The notes beneath the pieces were generated by a model, which saw only the letters and a list, made by a program, of their open reading frames with translations, did no database searches and was not told the DNA's origin. DNA of 61,729 bases, the filler included. It is 3 parts of 3 records of this genome, joined end to end, with 100 filler letters (N's around TTAATTAATTAA, not from the genome) between each part and the next. Parts side by side here need not be neighbours in the genome. Positions count along the whole stretch, not along the records: positions 1 to 26,118 come from SRR31156797_1940; 2 more parts are not named here. One strand, written 5' to 3'. The position numbers were made by a program, and so were the translations under genes. Positions 1 to 10,686 of this stretch are shown here, piece by piece; position 1 is the stretch's first letter; each line of letters opens with the position of its first letter.

Positions 1-17
1 TTAAGTCACTTAGTTCT

Positions 18-136
18 CTTCGTTCTCCATACTCCGTTCTCAGTTTTCTTTCCTTTTTATTATACTAAACGGACCCTGAGCGAAGTCGAAGAATGTCTTC
101 TGTCTTATATATTTTAAATTCTGTATTCTGTCTTCT
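18..136. repeat. Two degenerate heptamer arrays (18-45, 95-136) flanking a REP-like motif (73-91)
   Basis: cttcgtt/ctccata/ctccgtt/ctcagtt; gtcttct/gtcttat/atatttt/aaattct/gtattct/gtcttct; ACCCTGAGCGAAGTCGAAG resembles a common Bacteroidetes intergenic repeat. Confidence 0.55.
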
Positions 137-166
137 ATTCAATGTATGCCTTTTCAGTATTGTATG

Positions 167-3100
167 CTATTTCAACTTTAATGTGTCAACCTTTGTTTCT
201 TTGTTTAGCTCCAGTTCAATTTGCTCGGTTTTGCTTTCAAATTTTTCATTTTCTGTGGAGCTAATGTCATTCAGCTGCTTTTTCGCTTCATCAATAATTC
301 CATCATCTTTAAACATGTAGTTATCGATAATACTTTGCAGGTAAGCTTTGGCCTGGAATGTTTTATTTGTTTCAACTAAGATTTTTGAAAATAAAAGGAA
401 TGATTTTCCTAACCAATATTGATGAGGAGTCCCTTTTTTGATAAAGTCCTGTATTTCATTTTCTGCCAGGGCGGTTTTTCCTTCATTGTATTCCAATAAG
501 GCTACTTTATACTTGGCTTCAGCACCTTGTTTAGTCTGTAAATTTCTTGCAACAAGACGGTATTGGATAAGTGCTTCATCTATTTTGCCTAATTGCTCTA
601 AAGCTTTTGCTTTATTGAATCTAGCCTCGCGCGATATTTCGTCAGGCACTTTTTCTGTAATAAGTACTTGTGATGCTGCTGCTTCAACTTTTTCATATTC
701 CTGGGTTGCTAATGCTGCGCGCATTTGTCCAAGCCTTGATTCCAATAACAAGCGCTGGTTGGATGCTATAGGTTCAAGTTGATTGTAGTATTCCCATGCT
801 TTGGCCATTTTTTCATTATCCCGATTAATATTTGCCAGGTTATAAAGGGCTGTTTCTGTGAAACTGTTTTGCGGTTGGGCTATAACAAATTCATAATGTG
901 AGATTGCCTCATTGTATTTTTCGTTGTTGAATAGTGTTTGAGCCAGATAAAAGTGAGCTTTTAAAGTAAACTGGCCATCTGCAAAACGCGTTATATAATT
1001 ATTGAAAAGCTCAATGCTTTGTGCTGTTTCACCATTTAGGTAAGCTTTCTCTGCAGAAAGATAAAGCAACGAGTCTTGTTCATTGCTACTTATATTGATT
1101 TGTTTGTCTTTTGCATATGCGAAGAAATCATCCACTCTGTTTTGATCAAGATAAACGTTTTTCAATGTGACTAATGCTTCTGAATATTCATCGCTTCCTT
1201 TATAGTTCTCAATGATGTGTTTAAAATGTTTGGCTGCCAGATCATTTTCCTCCATGTTGAAATACATTAGCCCGGCCTGTAAGTGACTTTTCTTAAGGTA
1301 ATTACTCTTTGGGAAGTTTTTGATGAGGTATTCAAACTTCTGAGCTCCTTTTTCAGGTTGATTTAATTGAATAAAGGCTTGTCCTTGCTCAAAAACAGCA
1401 TCATCAGCTAGTAATGAATTGGTTCGTTGTGTTAATGGATCAAGAACATCGATTTTATTCTGGTAGTTTCTGAGAATTCCTGCCGTAAATCCTTGCTGGA
1501 AAATGGCGTAATCATTTTCTTCAACTGCAATCGCAGCAGCAGATGCATAAGCCGGTAAAGCCTGATTATATTTTCTTTGTACAAAATAGCTGTCGCCAAG
1601 TCGCACTGACGCATCGTAGTTTATTGTTGTTTGTGTGCTATCAGCATCTTCAATATATTTTCTAAACCAGATAGATGCTTCATTGTATTTGCCCTGTTTG
1701 AAAAAGGCATATGCAATATTGTAATTTGTAAGGTTATAATAATCAGTGCTGTATGCTCCAGGAGTGGTTAAGTAATCTTTATAGGTTTTGATGGCCATGT
1801 CATACTGTTTTTTTCTGAAATAACTTTCAGCTTTCCAGTATTTGGCCAGGGCCATAAATTTGATTTCGTTTCCTTCGCTTTGCAACGATTTATTGAACAT
1901 ATCAATGGCTTCGACATATTTCAAATTGTTGTAAAGCTCAATACCACGATAAAATGCTACTTTTTGCAATGCATTTGTAATTTGTCGGTTTTTGTCTTTG
2001 ATCTTTTCAATTGATTTAAGCGCCTGATCATAGTTTTTACTGTTCATGTAAACATCAACGAGGTAGTTGTAAATCATATCGCTGCGCGATGTGTTTTTGT
2101 ACTGATCAAGATAACTATGGAATATCCGAATGGTTTCATCGAATGGCGCAAAAGATAACTCATAAGTGAGTTTGGCATAGTTGAATAGTGCATCTTCTTT
2201 GATTTTTTCATCAAAAGACATTCTTGAAGCACTTCCAAATGCCAAATGCGCATTCTTTTTATCATCCAATTTCAGGTAACTGGCTGCCATATGGTAGTTG
2301 GCATTTTGAGCCAAACTATCATTTTTGTTGGTAACCATTGAAAAGTTCTCAGCTGCTTTTTGGTATTGATTTGTTTTGTAATATGAAAATGCAAGCTGAT
2401 ACAAATCATAGCGCTTTAGATTATCTGTGGTTGCTTTGTATTTTTCAAGATAAACCTGTGCACTGTCGTAATTTGTTTCTTTAAACCATGCGTTACCAAG
2501 CATGCGTTGCATTTCAGCTTTACGTTTGGGAGTTACTTTTTCAATAATCCCGGGCACATAGCTAATTACTTCTTTGTATTTTCCCTGTAGGAAATAAATG
2601 TGCGCTAAATAATATGGTACAACAGGGGAGAAAGTTGGATCCTCTTTTAGTGCATTGAATCCTTTTAGTGCAGTTTCGTAATTGCCGCGAGTATACTCTA
2701 TATGAGCATAGTAATAGACGCCGGGTCCATAATAATCGCTTTCCGGATATTCGAGTAACTCATAGAAAAGCTTATTCGCTTTTTCTTCATCTTCCAACAT
2801 TAACCATGCGTAGCCTTGTTTGAAGTAGTATTCTGCCCTTTCTTCGCGTTCAAGCAAATATCTTTCAACTTTCCCAAACCAATAAACAGAATTTTCCCAG
2901 TTTTCCTGCTCATATTTGTGCTGCCCCATAAAGAAACACGCTCTTTGTATTCGTGGACTTTCGGGGTTTCTTTTAATAAAGTTAACAATGCGATATTCTG
3001 CATCAGCGTTGGTAAGTTCAAGGGCACAAACAGCAGCATAAAACTCAGCATCTGCAGATATATCATTAAATCCAACACGTTTGTGGTGTGAGATAATTTC

Positions 3101-3268
3101 GTCGAACAATTGTAGGGCAGAGCTGTACATTTTCTGCTCAAATAGTTCAATTCCTTTGATAAGTTTTTGTTCGGCTGTTGGGAGTTCGTGTGAGACTTGC
3201 GCGTTGGCATTAGTTAAGCTGATAACAGCCAAAATCAACGCAAAAAAACGATTCTTTATTCTGATCAT
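167..3268 (-). CDS. Large exported tetratricopeptide-repeat protein
   Basis: Signal peptide (…LTNANA|Q) followed by continuous TPR-like helical repeats over about 1000 aa. Confidence 0.85.
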   Translation of the reverse strand: MIRIKNRFFALILAVISLTNANAQVSHELPTAEQKLIKGIELFEQKMYSSALQLFDEIISHHKRVGFNDISADAEFYAAVCALELTNADAEYRIVNFIKRNPESPRIQRACFFMGQHKYEQENWENSVYWFGKVERYLLEREERAEYYFKQGYAWLMLEDEEKANKLFYELLEYPESDYYGPGVYYYAHIEYTRGNYETALKGFNALKEDPTFSPVVPYYLAHIYFLQGKYKEVISYVPGIIEKVTPKRKAEMQRMLGNAWFKETNYDSAQVYLEKYKATTDNLKRYDLYQLAFSYYKTNQYQKAAENFSMVTNKNDSLAQNANYHMAASYLKLDDKKNAHLAFGSASRMSFDEKIKEDALFNYAKLTYELSFAPFDETIRIFHSYLDQYKNTSRSDMIYNYLVDVYMNSKNYDQALKSIEKIKDKNRQITNALQKVAFYRGIELYNNLKYVEAIDMFNKSLQSEGNEIKFMALAKYWKAESYFRKKQYDMAIKTYKDYLTTPGAYSTDYYNLTNYNIAYAFFKQGKYNEASIWFRKYIEDADSTQTTINYDASVRLGDSYFVQRKYNQALPAYASAAAIAVEENDYAIFQQGFTAGILRNYQNKIDVLDPLTQRTNSLLADDAVFEQGQAFIQLNQPEKGAQKFEYLIKNFPKSNYLKKSHLQAGLMYFNMEENDLAAKHFKHIIENYKGSDEYSEALVTLKNVYLDQNRVDDFFAYAKDKQINISSNEQDSLLYLSAEKAYLNGETAQSIELFNNYITRFADGQFTLKAHFYLAQTLFNNEKYNEAISHYEFVIAQPQNSFTETALYNLANINRDNEKMAKAWEYYNQLEPIASNQRLLLESRLGQMRAALATQEYEKVEAAASQVLITEKVPDEISREARFNKAKALEQLGKIDEALIQYRLVARNLQTKQGAEAKYKVALLEYNEGKTALAENEIQDFIKKGTPHQYWLGKSFLLFSKILVETNKTFQAKAYLQSIIDNYMFKDDGIIDEAKKQLNDISSTENEKFESKTEQIELELNKETKVDTLKLK

Positions 3269-3471
3269 TATCTGTTTTTTTCAGTGTATGGCAAATACTT
3301 TGACCCTATTGTGCCAGGCTTTTTGTAAAAACTTTTATTTTTCAAAGTTATTGCCAGTTAGCCTTAATATTCTATTAATTCAATCTGTAAAAATATTGAA
3401 AAGAAACGAGCCCTACAATTCAAATTGAGGTTGTTTATCAACGCGAAATCAACAATTTGATTTACTAGAAA

Positions 3472-6400
3472 TTAATCTTTATAGCGATCTAAAATACGTA
3501 ACAATTGAATTACCGGTATAAGAATTTTCTGACTTGGTTCAATGAGTTCATTATGAATGCGTTGTATGGTTGTTTCCAATAGGAATACGTTGAGTATATT
3601 TTCGAATTCTTCTTCATCCTTAGGAATGAATCTATCTCCGTTGATATTTTCGAGATAGGCTTTCATGAAAATTTGTCCCATATAGTGGTACCATTTTTCT
3701 GCCCAGGGTTGCAATGAATCAAAATCTTCTTTTCTGATGTTTTGGTTTTTCAAAATAGCCTCATAGGCCACATAATGAATTGATGATAACATTGAAGCAA
3801 TATCTGTAAGTGGTGATTTCTTTAATCGGCGCTGACTGTATCTTTTCCCGGGCCTACCTTCAAAGTTGATAAATACATAATCGCGACCTGTAAATAAGAC
3901 ATGTCGTAGTTTAAAATTACCGTGTGTTCGTATTTTTAGAATATCAAGCTTTTTGGCATAAACACCTTTTAAAACGTTCAGAACTTTATGCTTAAGTGGA
4001 AATATTTTATCAACCTCATTGATAATGCTTGAAGGTATCAGGTTGTGCTTTTTCTCCAATAGCTGATAAGTTTCTCTAACCGGAGATTGGTAAGAACTAT
4101 ACAATGAACGCTGATAGTGCAATGAAAACTCTTCAGGATCAAATTCAGGATTATCTTTTTCTGATGCTAAAGCCAAATGCAACTCAGCAGTTCTTTCTCC
4201 TAAAAGTCTCATTTGCTCCACTGAAAGCATGTTCAGAAGCTCGCGAATGTGTTTATCTTCAATGTTTTCAAGTGATCTGGGCGAAATAAGTGATCCTTTG
4301 AGTGGATATTCTTCCGGATTATCATTACGTAATTGAATGTTTTCAAAAAATCTTTGTAAATTATCCAACATATAATTCCTTGCATCATTCTGATAATCTT
4401 CTGCTTCCTGTATTTTACCCAGTACAATGTTAAAACCTTCAACTTCCAATTCTATTCTACCTGCTAATTTTGGGATATGCTTGAATTTAACTTTTTTGCT
4501 CAAAAACTCTGAGATCTGAAGGTCTGGGTTAATCAGTTTATCTAACTTTCTGTAAATTTTCAAATGGTACTCTGAGTTAAAGAGTATGGATGTATTTGTT
4601 CTCCTGAACATCATCATGCGAGGCTTAATTTCCTCTGTATTGCTTGCAAAATTTGCGATTTTTTTATCACCGTAAAATTTCACTGTTCCATTGTTGGTCA
4701 AAAGACGTTTACGATTAACAATATTATTGAAAAGTCTAAGCTGAATTTCAGGATCAAAGAAACCATCATATATGTATCCTTCTTCATTTCCTATTTGCGC
4801 AGGAGTGATAATGGCTTGAGGATAATCCTCTACAACATGCATGCTGGTTCCTTTTGGCGCAAAAGCCAAACATACCTGATATAATTCGGTTAACCTTGTT
4901 TCATAATGGACTTCGACCAGGGTGATGCATGCGGATTTTTCTTTGGTTGAATAGTTAATGGTTTCAATAATTCGGGTTTTACGAATTTTATGATTTTTAC
5001 TTTCAAACCATTTACTGGCTCTCAGAAAGCCTGGAAGTATTTCAATTTCAAGGCTTTTGACCATTTTAGGATTCAGAATATCATCCCATGACTTCAACTG
5101 TAAATTTGATGCTAAATCAGATTCATCTATGGATGTTTTTTTCTTGCGCAGTAAGAACCAGTAATGATCGTGTGGACTGAGTGTTAATATGTAATTTCGA
5201 TCATCATGAATGATTGGAAAGCGGTTTTTACTAAATACCTCAACTGGCACATATCCAGCGTATTTTCCAAGGTCAAATTCTCCTATCTGTGCAAACCGGG
5301 AAAAATTAAAAACAGCTAAAATAATTTCATCTTCATAGGTGCGTGTAAATGCAAGAACCTTTGGATTATCGATATTAATAAGCTCCATCTTTCCACGTCC
5401 AAAGGCTTTAAAACGTTTACGCATATTAATTACCCGTTTCATCCACCATAAAATGGATGAGTTGCTGGCTTGCTGGGTTTCAACGTTGACAGATTCGTAA
5501 TGGTACAGCGGATCTAATATAAGTGGTAAATATAATTTGTGAGGATTGGCATTTGAAAATCCGGCATTGCGATCTGGTGACCATTGCATTGGAGTGCGCA
5601 CGCCATCTCTATCTCCAAGATAGAAATTATCACCCATACCAATTTCATCTCCATAATATATTACAGGTGTTCCGGGAAGTGAGAACAGCAAGTAATTCAT
5701 GAGTTCAATTTTTCGCCGATTATTATCAAGTAATGGTGCCAATCTTTGACGAATACCCAGGTTGATTTTTGCTTTTGGATTTTGTGCGTATACTTTATAC
5801 ATGTAATCACGCTCTTCATCTGTAACCATTTCTAATGTTAATTCATCATGGTTACGTAAGAAAATAGCCCATTGACAAGTATCCGGAATCTCTGGTGTTT
5901 GATCCAGCATATCTGTAATTGGATATTTGTCTTCCATACGCATAGCCATAAACATACGTGGCATGATAGGGAAGTGATAATTCATATGACACTCATCTCC
6001 ACCACCAAAATATGCAGCAGAATCTTCAGGCCACATATTGGCTTCAGCCAAAAGCATTTTTCCTTCGTGATTATCATCAACGTGCTTCCGCAGTTTCTTT
6101 AAAAAAGCATGTGTCTCGGGAAGGTTTTCGCAATTGGTTCCTTCGCGTTGGAATAGATATGGTACAGCATCTAATCGGAATCCATCTACACCCATTTTGA
6201 GCCAATAATCAATCACCCGAAATACCTCTTCCTGCACTTTGGGGTTATCGTAATTGAGGTCAGGTTGGTGGTGGAAAAATCGATGCCAATAATATTGTTC
6301 TGCAACAGGATCCCAGCTCCAATTGGATTTTTCATAGTCCTGAAAGATAATGCGTACACCACTATATTTATTTGGATCATCTGTCCACACATAATAATCT

Positions 6401-6795
6401 CTTTCTGGCGAGCCTTTTGGAGATTTTCGAGCACGTTGAAACCAGGGATGCTGGTCAGAAGTGTGATTTAAAACCAGCTCAGTAATTACTCTGATATTAC
6501 GCTGATGAGCCGCATTTATGAATTTTTTAAAATCACGAATATTTCCATATGATGGATTAATACTGTAATAATCAGCAATATCATATCCATCATCTTTCAG
6601 TGGAGAAGGGTAGAAGGGTAGCAACCAAATAACATTAACACCAAGGTCTTCGAGGTAATCTAACTTACTTAGAAGACCCTCGAAATCACCAATACCATCT
6701 CCATTTTTATCCATAAATGCTTTAATATGCAACTCATAAATGATGGCATCTTTATACCAGTGTAAATTGTCGTCAATTATTTGATTTTTCGTCAT
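3472..6795 (-). CDS. treS: Trehalose synthase (maltose alpha-D-glucosyltransferase, GH13) fused to a maltokinase-like domain
   Basis: WYKDAIIYE start, FRLDAVPY, LAEANM, RNHDELTLEMVTDEER and LGDRDGVRTPMQW are typical TreS motifs; C-terminal Mak/Pep2-like domain. Confidence 0.93.
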   Translation of the reverse strand: MTKNQIIDDNLHWYKDAIIYELHIKAFMDKNGDGIGDFEGLLSKLDYLEDLGVNVIWLLPFYPSPLKDDGYDIADYYSINPSYGNIRDFKKFINAAHQRNIRVITELVLNHTSDQHPWFQRARKSPKGSPERDYYVWTDDPNKYSGVRIIFQDYEKSNWSWDPVAEQYYWHRFFHHQPDLNYDNPKVQEEVFRVIDYWLKMGVDGFRLDAVPYLFQREGTNCENLPETHAFLKKLRKHVDDNHEGKMLLAEANMWPEDSAAYFGGGDECHMNYHFPIMPRMFMAMRMEDKYPITDMLDQTPEIPDTCQWAIFLRNHDELTLEMVTDEERDYMYKVYAQNPKAKINLGIRQRLAPLLDNNRRKIELMNYLLFSLPGTPVIYYGDEIGMGDNFYLGDRDGVRTPMQWSPDRNAGFSNANPHKLYLPLILDPLYHYESVNVETQQASNSSILWWMKRVINMRKRFKAFGRGKMELINIDNPKVLAFTRTYEDEIILAVFNFSRFAQIGEFDLGKYAGYVPVEVFSKNRFPIIHDDRNYILTLSPHDHYWFLLRKKKTSIDESDLASNLQLKSWDDILNPKMVKSLEIEILPGFLRASKWFESKNHKIRKTRIIETINYSTKEKSACITLVEVHYETRLTELYQVCLAFAPKGTSMHVVEDYPQAIITPAQIGNEEGYIYDGFFDPEIQLRLFNNIVNRKRLLTNNGTVKFYGDKKIANFASNTEEIKPRMMMFRRTNTSILFNSEYHLKIYRKLDKLINPDLQISEFLSKKVKFKHIPKLAGRIELEVEGFNIVLGKIQEAEDYQNDARNYMLDNLQRFFENIQLRNDNPEEYPLKGSLISPRSLENIEDKHIRELLNMLSVEQMRLLGERTAELHLALASEKDNPEFDPEEFSLHYQRSLYSSYQSPVRETYQLLEKKHNLIPSSIINEVDKIFPLKHKVLNVLKGVYAKKLDILKIRTHGNFKLRHVLFTGRDYVFINFEGRPGKRYSQRRLKKSPLTDIASMLSSIHYVAYEAILKNQNIRKEDFDSLQPWAEKWYHYMGQIFMKAYLENINGDRFIPKDEEEFENILNVFLLETTIQRIHNELIEPSQKILIPVIQLLRILDRYKD

Positions 6796-6822
6796 AAATC
6801 TTCTACTCTAAAAATAAAAAAA

Positions 6823-6830
6823 CAAAGATA
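6823..6830 (-). promoter_or_regulatory. Bacteroidetes -7 promoter element upstream of treS
   Basis: TATCTTTG on the minus strand matches TAnnTTTG, 27 bp before the start codon. Confidence 0.5.
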
Positions 6831-7046
6831 GCTAATTCTAAAAAACATAAAATTACTCAGTAGTTATTCAACAAGGAGCTTTCTTTTTAGTTGCTAGAAA
6901 CTAGTACTTTTCTTTGTTTCCGGCCAATTTACATTTAAATGTTAAGAAATTGTAAGTGAATATGTTAAAAAAATACTAAAAGATCAAAAACTCTTGTATA
7001 TTATGTTTACTTGGTCTAAATTAGCATAAATAAAAAATTATCTGCT

Positions 7047-8342
7047 ATGAAAAACATTTTTACAATTACCCTTTTGTTGGCTTCTTTTGGGCTTTTTGCT
7101 CAAACGTTGCATAAAGATCGAGCTCATGTTGATATTACATGCGGTAAATTACCTTTAATTGACTATACCAAAGTTAATGCAATTGATACACTCTTTTGTG
7201 AGCGTTTAAATTATGATCAAACTCAATTTGACCCTTATACTCGTTCTATTTTTGTGTACGATGATTTAGGACGAATTGTATCTTCAGAGTATGGATATTA
7301 TACAGTTGATGGTTTGAGGCTGTCTTCAAAATATATTTATACCTACACATCTTTTGATTCAATCGATACTTATACCGGATATTTTTGGAATGATACTTTA
7401 AATTTAACTGGAGATTGGGATGTGACAAATTTTACAGATTACACATATAATAATGATAATCAACTAGTAAGTGAGTTAGTGATGTTTAATCCAATTGGAG
7501 ATGAGGCTTGGGTGAACAGACGGCTATTTGAATATCAATATGAAGATGAAAAGCTTGTAAATATTATCCATAAGTATCATGATATTGAGTTAGAAAATTG
7601 GAGAAACTATATGAAAATTGCCTATACATATGAAGATGGACAATTAGCTACAATAAAAACACACTATACACAGGACAATGGTGAAAATTGGAATGACAAT
7701 TATATATATGTTTTTAATTATTCCCAGAATCAAAAAGAGAAGATTGAAAAACATTTTAATGGAGAAGAATGGCGAAATATGCGTAAGCATACTTACGATC
7801 TTGATGATAATGGTGATATAACAGCAGATTTAGAAGAGCGTTGGAGTAGTCATGATTCTATCTGGGATACATTAATATTGGAGAAGAAAGAATTCGGCTA
7901 TGATAATCAAGGAAATATGACAAGCTTCCTTCACAGAAGCGCTTATATTGAATGGTTTAATGTAGCTAAAGAAGATTACTTTTACCTGGATGGACAGTTT
8001 GTTGAAGGAATTCAATATAATTGGGATTGGAATGAGGAAGAATGGTTTGAAAGAGTGATTTGTAACATTAAAACCACATCCGGAATTTTATCAGCTAACG
8101 AACCAACCTTAGCAAATCAAGTTTCTGTTTACCCAAACCCTGCTTTGGAGGATTTCACAATACTAATACCAAATGGCCTTAAAATAAGTTCAATTAAGCT
8201 TTATGATGTTGGAGGGAAAACCATAGAGCAGTTTGAATATATGCCTCAACGTATTAATATGGCAGGATTGGAAAAAGGACTCTACTTTGTAACCATAAAC
8301 CTGGAAGGCGAAATAATAACTAAAAAGCTAGTTAAGCAATAA
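7047..8342 (+). CDS. T9SS type A sorting domain protein with beta-hairpin (YxYD/W) repeats
   Basis: Signal peptide; C-terminal VYPNP…KGLYFV…KKLVKQ; repeated W.N…YTY motifs. Confidence 0.85.
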   Translation: MKNIFTITLLLASFGLFAQTLHKDRAHVDITCGKLPLIDYTKVNAIDTLFCERLNYDQTQFDPYTRSIFVYDDLGRIVSSEYGYYTVDGLRLSSKYIYTYTSFDSIDTYTGYFWNDTLNLTGDWDVTNFTDYTYNNDNQLVSELVMFNPIGDEAWVNRRLFEYQYEDEKLVNIIHKYHDIELENWRNYMKIAYTYEDGQLATIKTHYTQDNGENWNDNYIYVFNYSQNQKEKIEKHFNGEEWRNMRKHTYDLDDNGDITADLEERWSSHDSIWDTLILEKKEFGYDNQGNMTSFLHRSAYIEWFNVAKEDYFYLDGQFVEGIQYNWDWNEEEWFERVICNIKTTSGILSANEPTLANQVSVYPNPALEDFTILIPNGLKISSIKLYDVGGKTIEQFEYMPQRINMAGLEKGLYFVTINLEGEIITKKLVKQ

Positions 8343-8364
8343 TAGGAGTAAATTTAGTAGTTTG

Positions 8365-8397
8365 AAAGGGTTCGGAAACACTTCCGGACCTTTTTTT
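8365..8397 (+). terminator. Intrinsic terminator
   Basis: aaagggttcggaa-aca-cttccggacc followed by T7, between convergent genes. Confidence 0.75.
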
Positions 8398-8421
8398 CAT
8401 TCTTGTAGAATCTAATAAAAT

Positions 8422-8793
8422 TTATATATCATATAAAAGTGACTTTAGTTCCTCGATAGCTTCATTTTGGTTAGTCATTTCTCGCAACTGATTGCGTCCA
8501 TGTTGAACACGACCCAATAAATCAGGGTTTTTAATGCCTGCAATTTTAAATAGAGCTGCACAGGCATGGTATCGAACCAAATACTCATTATCAAGATTAC
8601 TAACCACATTGAAAAGGCATTTGATGGATTTATCACTTCCTTTTTCTCCTAAAGCTCTCCAGATTTGATAGTTAGTATCGTATTTTTTTGATTCTACGAG
8701 CTGTATCAATTCATCTTCCTGCATTTCCAAATATTGTTTATACAATCTGCTTGATTGTTCTTCATAGCGATATTGAAATTCTGCATAATCCAT
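8422..8793 (-). CDS. Hypothetical protein, HEAT-repeat-like
   Basis: ORF fills the gap; IWRALGEKG and VRYHACAALFKIAG resemble HEAT/PBS repeats. Confidence 0.6.
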   Translation of the reverse strand: MDYAEFQYRYEEQSSRLYKQYLEMQEDELIQLVESKKYDTNYQIWRALGEKGSDKSIKCLFNVVSNLDNEYLVRYHACAALFKIAGIKNPDLLGRVQHGRNQLREMTNQNEAIEELKSLLYDI

Positions 8794-8967
8794 AGGACCA
8801 AATGTATTAACTATTTGAAATTATGAATAAATAATCGTTTAGATAATTATTATTAAAATAACACGAAATTTTCTATTCGATTTTTTCTGCCTGTGTTTTT
8901 ATCCTTAGAAAAAAAATATATTTTTACTCCCGAAAGTTACTAAACAAACTATTAAACACGCTGAACT

Positions 8968-10167
8968 ATGAGTAAACGCACTATTGTAGCCATGCCTGGC
9001 GATGGTATTGGAAAAAACGTATTAGAAGAAACTATACGTGTTCTTGATGCAGCCGGATTTGAAGCTGACTATGTAGAAGGTGACATCGGTTGGGAATTCT
9101 GGAAAAGTGAAGGTAATCCTTTACCAGAACGCACTATCAAATTAATTGAGGAGCATAAAATTGGTCTTTTTGGAGCTATTACTTCAAAACCTAAAGATGA
9201 AGCTTTTGAGGAACTTGCACCTGAATTTAAAGACAAAGGATTAGTATACGCAAGTCCTATCGTACGTCTGCGTCAGCATTTTGGATTAGATATTTGTTTG
9301 CGCCCATGCCGCACTTACGAAGGAAACCCACTGAACTTTATTCGCAGAGGTCCAAATAATACCATTGAAGAACCAAAGGTTGACGTAGCTATTTTCCGTC
9401 AAAATACCGAAGGTCTTTATGGTGGAGTAGAGTGGAGTAATCCTCCTCAGGATGTTTACAATATGTTCAAAACACATCCGAGATTTGAGAAAAACTTCGG
9501 ACATGTGCCAAAAGAAGAGATTTCAATATCTACACGTATTTTTACGAAAAATGCCACAGAGCGTATTTTACGCGCTGCTTTTGAATATGCCAAAGAGTAT
9601 GGTTATAAGTCTGTTACTGTTTGTGAAAAACCAAACGTAATTCGTGAGACTTCTGGTATGATGTACAAAATGGCTCAGGAAATTCAAAAGAAAGATTTCC
9701 CAAATATCGAGCTTTGGAATACGAATATTGATGCTCAGATGATGTGGTTGACTAAAAATCCTGAAAATTACGGCGTAATTGTAGCAGGTAACATGTTTGG
9801 CGATATTGTTTCTGATGGTTTTGCAGGATTAATTGGTGGACTTGGTTTTGCTTGTTCAGCTCAAATGAATCCTGAAACTGGCGTTGCTGTTTTTGAACCT
9901 ACACATGGTAGTGCTCCGAAATATGCTGACTACGAAGTTTCTATTACTAACCCAATTGCTATGATGGAATCAGCTTGCATGATGCTTGATTTCATTAAGG
10001 AAGATGCGATAGCTAAGAAAATTCGTACTGCTATTGCAGAGGTAATAAAAGAAGGTAAAGTTCAGACCTACGACATGAAAAAAATGACTGGACGTCCGGA
10101 TGTTGTGAAAAACGGAGCAGCTTCAACTACTGAAATGGCTGATGCTGTAATCGCTAAGTTGAAATAA
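8968..10167 (+). CDS. Isocitrate/isopropylmalate (beta-decarboxylating) dehydrogenase family protein
   Basis: PGDGIG, RQNTEG, NMFGDIVSD and FEPTHGSAP motifs; substrate cannot be assigned. Confidence 0.9.
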   Translation: MSKRTIVAMPGDGIGKNVLEETIRVLDAAGFEADYVEGDIGWEFWKSEGNPLPERTIKLIEEHKIGLFGAITSKPKDEAFEELAPEFKDKGLVYASPIVRLRQHFGLDICLRPCRTYEGNPLNFIRRGPNNTIEEPKVDVAIFRQNTEGLYGGVEWSNPPQDVYNMFKTHPRFEKNFGHVPKEEISISTRIFTKNATERILRAAFEYAKEYGYKSVTVCEKPNVIRETSGMMYKMAQEIQKKDFPNIELWNTNIDAQMMWLTKNPENYGVIVAGNMFGDIVSDGFAGLIGGLGFACSAQMNPETGVAVFEPTHGSAPKYADYEVSITNPIAMMESACMMLDFIKEDAIAKKIRTAIAEVIKEGKVQTYDMKKMTGRPDVVKNGAASTTEMADAVIAKLK

Positions 10168-10186
10168 TTCTTTTCAGATAATATGG

Positions 10187-10216
10187 AAAGGCTGTCTTTT
10201 AAGGCAGCCTTTTTTT
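10187..10216 (+). terminator. Intrinsic terminator
   Basis: aaaggctgtc-tttta-aggcagcc followed by T7. Confidence 0.8.
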
Positions 10217-10294
10217 GTATAACTTACTTGGGGAAATAATAATTAAATCATTATCTTGTAAACGAATACAATATGAAATCCCAATTTTATAGCG

Positions 10295-10672
10295 ATGAAA
10301 ATTATCATTTACATTACAACCGTTTTATTATTATTCTACTTTGCTTCGGGCTGTACTTTAGATAGCGAGGAAGAATATTTTTCTGAAATAATTTGCGATA
10401 CAACTGATGTTACTTATGAAACAGTTAGAAGTATTTTTATAAACAACTGTGCGACATGCCATAATTTTTCAAGTACGTATAGAGAAGGTATTGAGCTTGA
10501 TACTTATGAGAGCACAGTTTCTTCTATCAATACGGGTTTGGTTATCCCGGCTATTAAGCATACCGGACCTTACCAAATGCCTTATCAGCAACCAAAATTA
10601 CCTGATTGTTTTATCAGACAGATTGAATTGTGGATCGAAAACGGAATGCCTGAAACAGCCGAAGATTTATAA
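10295..10672 (+). CDS. Monoheme cytochrome c lipoprotein
   Basis: Lipobox FASGC, CATCH heme motif, QMP candidate distal Met, WIENG tail. Confidence 0.8.
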   Translation: MKIIIYITTVLLLFYFASGCTLDSEEEYFSEIICDTTDVTYETVRSIFINNCATCHNFSSTYREGIELDTYESTVSSINTGLVIPAIKHTGPYQMPYQQPKLPDCFIRQIELWIENGMPETAEDL

Positions 10673-10686
10673 TTAGCGTTATCATC

